Shown: positions 6,962 through 13,372 of the stretch, piece after piece | Layout of the letters: every line of letters begins with the position of its first letter | Numbering within the stretch: position 1 is the first letter of the stretch | Virus record (IMG/VR): IMGVR_UViG_3300030397_001037 | Location: 1 to 33,174 of that record | Strand: one strand, 5' to 3' | DNA from: a virus | DNA length: 33,174 nt | Program-made: the position numbers and the translations under genes | The notes under the pieces: generated by a model | Seen by the model: the letters and a program-made list of their open reading frames with translations, nothing else | The model's database searches: none | What the model was told of the DNA's origin: nothing

Positions 6962-7132
6962 TTACTGCTCTTCATCACCTAGTTTGCTAAACTTTGCAGC
7001 GATTAATACAGCTTCATAAGTCTCTTTGTCACCAGAGATGGCAAACTCATCACAATACTTCTCAAAAACATCTTTTTTAAAGTCACCGTAAGTAATACCA
7101 ATGTCATCTAAAATCTCTTGTTTTGTTCTCAT
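6962..7132 (-). CDS. Small acidic protein, 56 aa (not in the ORF track); first gene of the leftward operon
   Basis: Hand translation: MRTKQEILDDIGITYGDFKKDVFEKYCDEFAISGDKETYEAVLIAAKFSKLGDEEQ (14 D/E against 8 K/R). GGGAGG (7138..7143, minus strand) lies 5 nt before the ATG. Its stop lies 2 nt before the XRE ATG. Confidence 0.6.
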   Translation of the reverse strand: MRTKQEILDDIGITYGDFKKDVFEKYCDEFAISGDKETYEAVLIAAKFSKLGDEEQ

Positions 7133-7165
7133 ATCTGCCTCCCAAGCAATTATTAAGTATACCCT

Positions 7166-7194
7166 ATAATAACACTATATGTCATACAAATCAA
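7166..7194 (-). promoter_or_regulatory. Leftward early promoter candidate
   Basis: On the minus strand, TTGATT (7194..7189), a 17-nt spacer, then TATTAT (7171..7166). An overlapping TTGACT lies at 7199..7194. It sits upstream of the 56-aa gene. Confidence 0.5.
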
Positions 7195-7202
7195 GTCAAT
7201 TA

Positions 7203-7232
7203 TTGCAGTTGAGTAGTATTTTCACCTATACT
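7203..7232 (+). promoter_or_regulatory. Rightward early promoter candidate
   Basis: TTGCAG (7203..7208), an 18-nt spacer, then TATACT (7227..7232). It is back-to-back with the leftward promoter, followed by GGAGG (7246..7250) and ATG 7256. Confidence 0.45.
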
Positions 7233-7255
7233 ATTGGAATCATTTGGAGGAAATA

Positions 7256-7660
7256 ATGGCAAATCAAGAGGAAAAGCAGATTGAAAATCAACTGGTTACA
7301 TACCTATCTCATAAAGGTCATCTGGCTATCCCTTATGAGAACGTGGGTATCTATGACCCAGTGACAAAAGGATATAGGAATAGGAGTAAGGTTGGAAAAA
7401 TCCCTGGAGTCAGTGACATCTTGGTTATGAGGGGCTCAGATGCTGTATTTGGTGCCATAGAGGTTAAAAGACCTGAGGTTAAGGAGAGAATTGAGAGAAA
7501 TATAGGCAAATGGATAGAGAGAAGAAACAGTGGACACAAGTATTCTAAAGAGATAAATCACTTCTTAGAGCAATATGATTTTATACAGCAGGTCAAGATT
7601 AAGGGTGGATTTGGGGGCTTTGTTAGTGGTGTGGGTGATTTGATAAATATGGGATTATAA
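7256..7660 (+). CDS. VRR-NUC domain nuclease (PD-(D/E)xK fold)
   Basis: EEKQIENQLVTYL ... GKIPGVSDILVM ... GAIEVKRP ... QQVKIKGGFGGFV matches the E / GxPD / ExK / Q...G layout of VRR-NUC. ATG 7256 with a GGAGG SD is preferred over the track's TTG 7244. Confidence 0.68.
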   Translation: MANQEEKQIENQLVTYLSHKGHLAIPYENVGIYDPVTKGYRNRSKVGKIPGVSDILVMRGSDAVFGAIEVKRPEVKERIERNIGKWIERRNSGHKYSKEINHFLEQYDFIQQVKIKGGFGGFVSGVGDLINMGL

Positions 7661-7680
7661 AGAGATTGTAGATTTTACCT

Positions 7681-7721
7681 TTGACAGAGCTGCATACAAT
7701 CTGTAATTTCCATGCTAAAAT
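7681..7721 (+). promoter_or_regulatory. Candidate promoter(s) in the 212-bp non-coding gap
   Basis: TTGACA (7681..7686), a 17-nt spacer, then TAATTT (7704..7709). An extended -10-like TGcTAAAAT lies at 7713..7721. An 8-bp inverted repeat AGATTGTA/TACAATCT (7663..7670 / 7695..7702) brackets the -35. Confidence 0.35.
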
Positions 7722-7872
7722 ATCAAACTCTTTCTTCCTTAGAAAGTGCTTAAGCTAAGCGAAAGCATAAGGGGAAAAAGTGCTCATGTGGGGCTCCCAA
7801 ACGCCCCCTTGAGTGAGTGCTTTTAACCCGTTCTTAGTTAAGAATACAAACACCTTACTCCTTGGGATACCT

Positions 7873-8262
7873 ATGTCAAAAAGTGATGAAAGCACCTTTC
7901 CTAAGATTACAAAACCAATTGACACTGAAACATCTGTCTATTTTGATGTAGATGAAACACTAATTCAATGGCATCCAGTAGAGGCAACTCATGTGGTAGA
8001 TGGAGTCCCTGTTGCAGTGAATAAAGATGTGGTCAAGTATATGAAGCAGTGCTGGCATGAAGGTTTAAGAATCTGTGTTTGGAGTCAAGGTGGATTTATT
8101 TGGGCTCAAAAGGTTGGCAAAGCCATAGGAATTAATCTATATGTTGATCATTATCTGAGTAAACCAAATATATATGTTGATGACATAGGTCATTTCATGT
8201 GGATGGGTACTTGGGCAAAAGTCAAGGATGGGAAAATAGTGGGAGAAGGGTTCAATGAATGA
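7873..8262 (+). CDS. HAD-superfamily hydrolase-like protein (phosphatase / nucleotidase type)
   Basis: Motif I VYFDVDETLIQW (DxDxT), motif II VWSQGG, motif III/IV SKPNIYVDD. The start is uncertain: ATG 7873 follows a weak GGGA, and GTG 7813 is in frame but has no SD. Confidence 0.55.
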   Translation: MSKSDESTFPKITKPIDTETSVYFDVDETLIQWHPVEATHVVDGVPVAVNKDVVKYMKQCWHEGLRICVWSQGGFIWAQKVGKAIGINLYVDHYLSKPNIYVDDIGHFMWMGTWAKVKDGKIVGEGFNE

Positions 8263-8410
8263 TGCAGGTGAGTTTCTAAAGACTCTTATCTTAGAAGGAC
8301 TTAGGATCATTCCTAAGGATGAGTTAGTTGATAAATATTATGAGTTATCAATGGAAAATGAGAAATTAAAGATAGAAATAGAAAAATACGGAGTAAATAA
8401 TGAAAGATAA
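8255..8410 (+). CDS. Small protein A, 51 aa (not in the ORF track), ends ...IEKYGVNNER
   Basis: Hand translation: MNDAGEFLKTLILEGLRIIPKDELVDKYYELSMENEKLKIEIEKYGVNNER. ATGAATGA overlap with the upstream stop. It overlaps the next gene by 11 nt. Confidence 0.5.
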   Translation: MNDAGEFLKTLILEGLRIIPKDELVDKYYELSMENEKLKIEIEKYGVNNER

Positions 8411-8678
8411 AGAAAATGCTTATGATGTAATTCAAAGGTTTGTTGTAAATAACAGCCCAGATAAAGTTGTCTTGGAAGCATTAGAATCTTTGGATATGTC
8501 TAGGGCTTCTTTTTATCTAAAGATGAGGAATAAGAACAGAGATTTAAAGAAAGCACTTAGAGAAGCAGTAATCTTAGTTGATGATTTATTAACAGGTGGT
8601 TTTAGCGATGAAGAAGATCTTATTTTAGAAAGAAAAGCAGAAGATTTCATAGAAAAATACGGAGTAAGTGATGAGTGA
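8400..8678 (+). CDS. Small protein B, 92 aa, ends ...FIEKYGVSDE
   Basis: GGAG (8390..8393) lies 6 nt before ATG 8400. Acidic C-terminal half. No motif recognised. Confidence 0.6.
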   Translation: MKDKENAYDVIQRFVVNNSPDKVVLEALESLDMSRASFYLKMRNKNRDLKKALREAVILVDDLLTGGFSDEEDLILERKAEDFIEKYGVSDE

Positions 8679-8844
8679 ATTTCAATGGGACATTTTACTT
8701 TTAATCCTAATAGCAATGAACTTTTGTTGGACTATGTATCTATACCATAGTTCTCAATTGAATAGATGTGTCGATATGAAAAAAATCTGGGAATTCCTAG
8801 AAAAATACACAAAAATAGGGAAAAATACGGAAAATGATGACTAA
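8671..8844 (+). CDS. Small membrane protein C, 57 aa (not in the ORF track), ends ...FLEKYTKIGKNTENDD
   Basis: Hand translation: MSEFQWDILLLILIAMNFCWTMYLYHSSQLNRCVDMKKIWEFLEKYTKIGKNTENDD. One TM segment. GGAG (8661..8664) lies 6 nt before the ATG. ATGAGTGA overlap with the previous stop. Confidence 0.5.
   Translation: MSEFQWDILLLILIAMNFCWTMYLYHSSQLNRCVDMKKIWEFLEKYTKIGKNTENDD
8801..8830. repeat. Three tandem 10-bp A-tract units (AAAAATACAC AAAAATAGGG AAAAATACGG), followed by AAAATGATGA
   Basis: Read directly. A5 tracts are phased at exactly 10 bp across the junction of genes C and D. Confidence 0.8.
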
Positions 8845-9052
8845 AGAGGTTTTTAGTGAATCAGGTTTTACTGTGACTATAAGTATAGATACACAATTTA
8901 ATGGTCAATATTCCTATGTAGAATTTAAACACCAAACTGGTGGGTATTATGGCTGTGATTCAGAAGAAGATATAAGCTTAGAAAACATCAAAAAACTACA
9001 CAGTTCTTTAGGTGAGTACCTAGAAAAATACGGGATAGTTGAGAATGGATAA
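8834..9052 (+). CDS. Small protein D, 72 aa, ends ...YLEKYGIVENG
   Basis: ATG 8834 overlaps the upstream stop (ATGATGACTAA). No motif recognised. Confidence 0.55.
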   Translation: MMTKEVFSESGFTVTISIDTQFNGQYSYVEFKHQTGGYYGCDSEEDISLENIKKLHSSLGEYLEKYGIVENG

Positions 9053-9338
9053 TAAAGAACCCCTGATGGATGATATATTATCCTTATTAAAAGAAAGATT
9101 TAATGGAGATAAGGAAGAAGCCTCTAAATTCTTGCTTGCCCACAATGTGCCTAATTGGCAGGCACTTGTGGAAGCAGAATTTGAGGTTAAACATGCAATA
9201 CTTAGGAAGTTAAAAAGTGAGAGACAATACGTTACCCTTGAGACAAGTACACACGTCATTACAAGACCAAAAAACACGCAAAGCATCTCAGATATCACAT
9301 TCTCAATTAAGGGATACAATCCATTTAAAAGAAATTGA
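9045..9338 (+). CDS. Hypothetical protein, 97 aa
   Basis: ATG 9045 overlaps the upstream stop (ATGGATAA) and is in frame with track ORF 9039..9338. It competes with track ORF 9217..9432 in another frame. Confidence 0.5.
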   Translation: MDNKEPLMDDILSLLKERFNGDKEEASKFLLAHNVPNWQALVEAEFEVKHAILRKLKSERQYVTLETSTHVITRPKNTQSISDITFSIKGYNPFKRN

Positions 9339-9403
9339 TGGTGACACCCTAATCTGTATGAGAAAATCAAATGGAGAGTTAATCCTAGTTGATAAGGTTG
9401 TTC

Positions 9404-9652
9404 ATGCAGATAAAAGAGAGCTTAAGCTTTAGCACACTATGTAAATTCATACTTGATAAAGAATTATATTTGATTTCTCCCCATTCTGGGGTATATCATT
9501 TCCAGTACAAAGATAAGTTATTTGGATTTTCAGTGCTTGGGGATAAAATTTATAGAACACATACCGTAGTAGTGGACACCCAACCTGATGAAGATGGCAA
9601 ATTCAGAGTTGAAAAAGACTTCTGGAATTGGTCTAATAGCTTAATTAATTAA
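9404..9652 (+). CDS. Hypothetical protein, 82 aa
   Basis: ATG 9404 lies 7 nt after AAGG and is in frame with track ORF 9389..9652. Confidence 0.45.
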   Translation: MQIKESLSFSTLCKFILDKELYLISPHSGVYHFQYKDKLFGFSVLGDKIYRTHTVVVDTQPDEDGKFRVEKDFWNWSNSLIN

Positions 9653-9672
9653 GTCGCTGTAGGAGGCACTTT

Positions 9673-9882
9673 ATGAGAAAGGATAGTTTTGGTTCTGTTA
9701 TTGGACTAATTGTAGTTGCTGCAATCATGCTAGCAATAAGCGCATTTGTATTTCAAGTTGCGTATAACGCATCATTTGTTGAGCTCTACGGCTTTAAAAA
9801 GCTAACCTATGAGACAGCTTTTCCATTGTTAATCACTTTTTACATTCTTGGTTCAATGCTTAAGCCATGGAAGGGAAATTAA
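9673..9882 (+). CDS. Small membrane protein, 69 aa, two predicted TM segments
   Basis: Strong SD AGGAGG (9661..9666). Hydrophobic stretches VIGLIVVAAIMLAISAFVFQVA and FPLLITFYILGSML. Confidence 0.65.
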   Translation: MRKDSFGSVIGLIVVAAIMLAISAFVFQVAYNASFVELYGFKKLTYETAFPLLITFYILGSMLKPWKGN

Positions 9883-10091
9883 TGAAGTTAGAGATAATAA
9901 AGAAACACTACTGGGCATGTGATAAATGCAATACCAATGCTGGTGGAGTTTTCCCAGAAGGACATGTCTGTACTATGACTGAAGGTGAGTGCAAAGTTTG
10001 TGGTGATACAGATGTTATGCTTATTCCATGGGTTGATTATAATTGGGATAATAAGCAAGATGATATGGTTGCAAAGCTTAATAGGTATTAG
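9882..10091 (+). CDS. Small zinc-ribbon-like protein, 69 aa
   Basis: Two CxxC pairs (CDKC and CKVC). TAATG overlap with the upstream gene. Alternative ATG at 9867. Confidence 0.5.
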   Translation: MKLEIIKKHYWACDKCNTNAGGVFPEGHVCTMTEGECKVCGDTDVMLIPWVDYNWDNKQDDMVAKLNRY

Positions 10092-10400
10092 ATGATTAAG
10101 TTATACCTATTCAAAGATGTAATGAGACTTAAAACTGTGGTTAGAGTTATTAATTATGATGGTAATCAGAGATATTACCTGAATAAGAAGCAAGAATGGA
10201 TTAAGTTTGAGCAGTATGAGCAAGTTAGGGAGGAATTCTTAGAGCTTGACCATAATGTAGAGATACTACAAGACAGTACAACAATTCTTGATACAAAGGC
10301 TCTTGTGGATAGAATAGAAAAGGATAAGAATTGCCACATAGGGGACTTGAATAGGATAGTTGATATTTTATTAGAAGCAAAAGCACCTAGTAAAAGCTAA
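10092..10400 (+). CDS. Hypothetical protein, 102 aa
   Basis: The ATG follows directly after the previous TAG. No motif recognised. Confidence 0.55.
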   Translation: MIKLYLFKDVMRLKTVVRVINYDGNQRYYLNKKQEWIKFEQYEQVREEFLELDHNVEILQDSTTILDTKALVDRIEKDKNCHIGDLNRIVDILLEAKAPSKS

Positions 10401-10413
10401 TAAGGAGTACTTA

Positions 10414-10776
10414 ATGATTAGTTTAATATTTGTATTGTTAGCGGCTGTTAGTAATTCTGTGATGGATGTGCTGCAGTTTCATTTTACAAGGTCAATATTC
10501 ATTAGAGGTGAGCATTTATTCTGGAACCCTGAAATTAGCTGGGAGAATAAGTGGAAGAACGGTGACCCTAGCCAAGGTGAGAAGTTTTGGGGAAGTACCA
10601 GATGGTTTGTATTTGCTACTGATGGATGGCATTTAGCTCAATTCTTAATGTTAACATTCTTTTCATTAGCAATTGTATTCTATCAGCCAATGCATTCATG
10701 GTGGTTGGATTTAATTATTTACAAAGTGTTGTTTGGAGTTGGCTTTGAACTATTTTATACCAAGGTGTTTAGATAG
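10414..10776 (+). CDS. Integral membrane protein, 120 aa, Trp-rich, about 3 TM segments
   Basis: SD AAGGAG upstream. Hydrophobic segments lie at the N-terminus, at WHLAQFLMLTFFSLAIVFY and at LDLIIYKVLFGVGF. Confidence 0.6.
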   Translation: MISLIFVLLAAVSNSVMDVLQFHFTRSIFIRGEHLFWNPEISWENKWKNGDPSQGEKFWGSTRWFVFATDGWHLAQFLMLTFFSLAIVFYQPMHSWWLDLIIYKVLFGVGFELFYTKVFR

Positions 10777-10829
10777 TAATCAGTCATATATGAGGTGTTA
10801 AATTAATTATTAATAATAAGGAGTCACTT

Positions 10830-10922
10830 ATGAATTATTATGAACCAGCAATTGCATCAATTATTCTTTTCTTTTTATTCCCAGTAGTACTATTTGGACT
10901 GCAATTCATTTGGATGAGGTAG
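10830..10922 (+). CDS. Hydrophobic micro-protein, 30 aa (not in the ORF track)
   Basis: AAGGAG (10818..10823) lies 6 nt before ATG 10830. Translation: MNYYEPAIASIILFFLFPVVLFGLQFIWMR, which has a single TM. Confidence 0.4.
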   Translation: MNYYEPAIASIILFFLFPVVLFGLQFIWMR

Positions 10923-10924
10923 CT

Positions 10925-11152
10925 ATGGACCATGAAGAAACTAAGCAGTTAAAACGCATTATATTAGACATGACTAAATTAGCTACAAATAGGATTGAGC
11001 AAATGTTCCCTGATTATGGAGAGCATGAAACAATCATGTTAACTTATGCTTTATTTAAAAATGGCTGTGAATTTCATGAACAATTCTTTGCTGATAATAT
11101 GGGGATTGATTTAAATGATTTATTCACTGAAGAAAACCAAGAGTTTTTATGA
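10925..11152 (+). CDS. Hypothetical acidic protein, 75 aa
   Basis: ATG 10925 is in frame with track ORF 10910..11152. GAGG lies just upstream. Confidence 0.5.
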   Translation: MDHEETKQLKRIILDMTKLATNRIEQMFPDYGEHETIMLTYALFKNGCEFHEQFFADNMGIDLNDLFTEENQEFL

Positions 11153-12063
11153 TTGATGATGAAAAATTAAAGCTTTATGAGAAGATAACTTCCAAATACA
11201 CCAATAAATATGGGTTTTTTACCTACCACCCAGTTATGCAGCAAAACCCTGATAAGGGAGATTGGGATAGTGATAATCCTCATCTTTGGACAGGTCAGCT
11301 AAACCTTTTATTGAGGTATCATGGCTATTTTGAAGATTTATCTATATTGGATGACCAGCTAAACCGCTTTGATTCAACTATAGTAAGCACAATGGTTGTC
11401 CGGGGATTAAACGCTAGACATGCTCCACTGGGAATATATTTAGACAGTGATGAGTATGATGCCATTAGCTTAGATGAACATGATGGAATGTTCTTTAGTA
11501 GTGCCGCTCTTGCCTCAACAAAAGATGCTGCTATTTTGAACTATGGTGAAAGCAATGGGTGGTCATTTAATGAAAAAGAGCCCTTTGCCGGTGCATTTCC
11601 AAAAAACATTAAATCATGGATTAATCTCATAAAAGGTCTGGGTGAAATCATTGTTTTTGCTATTAAAAATAAGGATTTTTCAGGCTCAGATAAAATGGAT
11701 AAGGTCATATTTAAGTATCCTGAACTTATAAGGCTCTCCAGAGTGAGACTTGGAAAAGAAAGGGCATTTATGAGGATGTCCATTGGTATGAAGCCTGGTC
11801 TTATGTCTTACGCTCATTTAGTGGTATCTCTTTATTATTCAGCTAAGAAGAATAAAATATCAGGACATAACAGAAGCTTTTATAGATTTCTTGTCTTGTC
11901 CAATATTGGGTATAATTCCTATTGGATAAGTAGAGCCAAAAAATACTATGTAAAGAAGATGAAGCAAATGTATGGTGATGAATACATTCACCGTATAACA
12001 GCAATGTATCTTTGGAATAAGGACAATCCTCTGCATGAGCTCACAAAAGGTGTTAGTCTATGA
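11149..12063 (+). CDS. Hypothetical protein, 304 aa (largest unassigned early protein)
   Basis: ATGA overlap with the upstream gene. No catalytic or DNA-binding motif recognised by eye. Confidence 0.65.
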   Translation: MIDDEKLKLYEKITSKYTNKYGFFTYHPVMQQNPDKGDWDSDNPHLWTGQLNLLLRYHGYFEDLSILDDQLNRFDSTIVSTMVVRGLNARHAPLGIYLDSDEYDAISLDEHDGMFFSSAALASTKDAAILNYGESNGWSFNEKEPFAGAFPKNIKSWINLIKGLGEIIVFAIKNKDFSGSDKMDKVIFKYPELIRLSRVRLGKERAFMRMSIGMKPGLMSYAHLVVSLYYSAKKNKISGHNRSFYRFLVLSNIGYNSYWISRAKKYYVKKMKQMYGDEYIHRITAMYLWNKDNPLHELTKGVSL

Positions 12064-12263
12064 ATCTATGTGACAAACTGCTAGAGGAAATACTTAATGA
12101 GAAAATGATTGAGGGAATTGGCATAAATAAGAGAGAAATAACTGTATATACAGCACTTCTGGAATATGACCATTTTCATATTGTGAATTCTGGATGTATT
12201 ACTGATGACTTACGGAGTGCTTTGTTTAAAATTAGAGAGGATAAACAATTTAAGGAGGGTTAA
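12060..12263 (+). CDS. Hypothetical protein, 67 aa
   Basis: ATGA overlap upstream. It abuts the ssb start. Confidence 0.5.
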   Translation: MNLCDKLLEEILNEKMIEGIGINKREITVYTALLEYDHFHIVNSGCITDDLRSALFKIREDKQFKEG

Positions 12264-12650
12264 GTGAACAGAATTAATGTACTAGGTTATTTAGGGAAAA
12301 AACCTGAGTTAAGAGAGACAAAAGAAGGGAAAAAGGTCACTAATTTAAATGTGGCAAGCACTGAGAGAGAGAAAACAGCATGGATAGAAGTAGCCGTATG
12401 GGGAACAATGGCAGAAAACTGTGTAAAATACCTTGATAAAGGCAGCCAAGTTCTAGTCCATGGGAATTTAGTTCAAAATGCTTATGAAAAAGAGGGTAAG
12501 AAGTTTTATTCCCTTAGATGCAATGCTCACAATGTTCAATTCATAGGTGGAAAATCTAAAACTGATGGCAATGATAAGGGTCAGGATAAAAAGGGAAACT
12601 GGAAGCCTGAGGTAAATACAGAATTCACTGCTGATGAGATTCCGTTTTGA
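12264..12650 (+). CDS. ssb: Single-stranded DNA-binding protein
   Basis: OB-fold N-terminus NRINVLGYLGKKPELRETKEGKKVTNLNVA...WIEVAVWG, a Gly/Lys-rich linker and the canonical acidic tail ADEIPF. SD AAGGAGGG lies before GTG 12264. Confidence 0.9.
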   Translation: MNRINVLGYLGKKPELRETKEGKKVTNLNVASTEREKTAWIEVAVWGTMAENCVKYLDKGSQVLVHGNLVQNAYEKEGKKFYSLRCNAHNVQFIGGKSKTDGNDKGQDKKGNWKPEVNTEFTADEIPF

Positions 12651-12955
12651 GAAAGATTCATCTGCTAAGAGGCTTAAATGAATCTGGAGTTTTATGTGGA
12701 ATAGAGCTGCCAAGGTATGCCACAGACAATCTCTCTGAGGTTAGCTGTAAAAGCTGTATTAGAATCTATAATAAAGATGAGCCAATAAAGGTTGAGTATA
12801 AGGGAGAACCTATACAAGAGCCTATGACACCTACCCATAAACGCATTGTTAAGTTAACAAATGGTGGAAAAGTTCCTTTTTTATCTAATTTCCTAGGTTT
12901 TGAAAGGCACTATGCAGTTTATGAGGTCTATGAATATAATAAAGAAGGCGAATAA
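12647..12955 (+). CDS. Hypothetical protein, 102 aa
   Basis: TTG start overlaps the ssb stop (TTTTGA). There is no in-frame ATG until codon 60. Confidence 0.45.
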   Translation: MRKIHLLRGLNESGVLCGIELPRYATDNLSEVSCKSCIRIYNKDEPIKVEYKGEPIQEPMTPTHKRIVKLTNGGKVPFLSNFLGFERHYAVYEVYEYNKEGE

Positions 12956-12964
12956 GGAGAATTT

Positions 12965-13195
12965 ATGGATGAATTAGAGATTTATAAGAAAGGCAATAAG
13001 ATTTTATCAGAAGCTATGAAGGTGGCATCAGATAGAATGTATACAGTAGGTCATAGGATGAGAATTATGGCAAAGGCTACTAAAGAATATAATGAGCTTA
13101 TGTCTCAGTTGGCTGAAAGTAAGACCCCAAAGAAGAAATCAAAGAAAAAAGTAACCAAAAAGACTGAAAAAACTAGTGTTTCTGGTGAAAGTTAA
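12965..13195 (+). CDS. Hypothetical protein, 76 aa, with a Lys-rich C-terminal tail
   Basis: SD AAGGAG upstream. The tail KTPKKKSKKKVTKKTEK suggests nucleic-acid binding, which is inference only. Confidence 0.55.
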   Translation: MDELEIYKKGNKILSEAMKVASDRMYTVGHRMRIMAKATKEYNELMSQLAESKTPKKKSKKKVTKKTEKTSVSGES

Positions 13196-13346
13196 TCCGC
13201 CCTATAGAGTCTGGTATCTGCCCTGGACATGGGGCAGGGTACCTAGATGGATATATGAGTATGAGGATGTTTTTCTTAAATACATCCATAAAGAGCAGCA
13301 CAGTAAAATTAAGAAAATATTCAGAGAAAAATCCAAATTACATTGA
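13185..13346 (+). CDS. Possible small Trp-rich protein, 53 aa, GTG start (not in the ORF track)
   Basis: Open frame VKVNPPYRVWYLPWTWGRVPRWIYEYEDVFLKYIHKEQHSKIKKIFREKSKLH fills an otherwise unexplained 177-nt gap. It contains a 6-bp GC hairpin (13218..13237). No clear SD. Confidence 0.3.
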   Translation: MKVNPPYRVWYLPWTWGRVPRWIYEYEDVFLKYIHKEQHSKIKKIFREKSKLH

Positions 13347-13372
13347 TACCCTATAAGCACTGAGGTGGCAGG

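Noticed and set aside
9217-9432. 71-aa GTG-initiated plus-strand ORF
   Set aside because: It overlaps the 9045..9338 ORF by about 120 nt in another frame and has no SD. Only its last 24 codons (ATG 9358) are free of overlap. I left it uncalled, although 9339..9403 remains unexplained.
13218-13237. GC-rich hairpin CTGCCC/GGGCAG as a terminator
   Set aside because: No U tract follows it, and it lies inside a plausible (low-confidence) coding frame. It is noted only as a possible structure.
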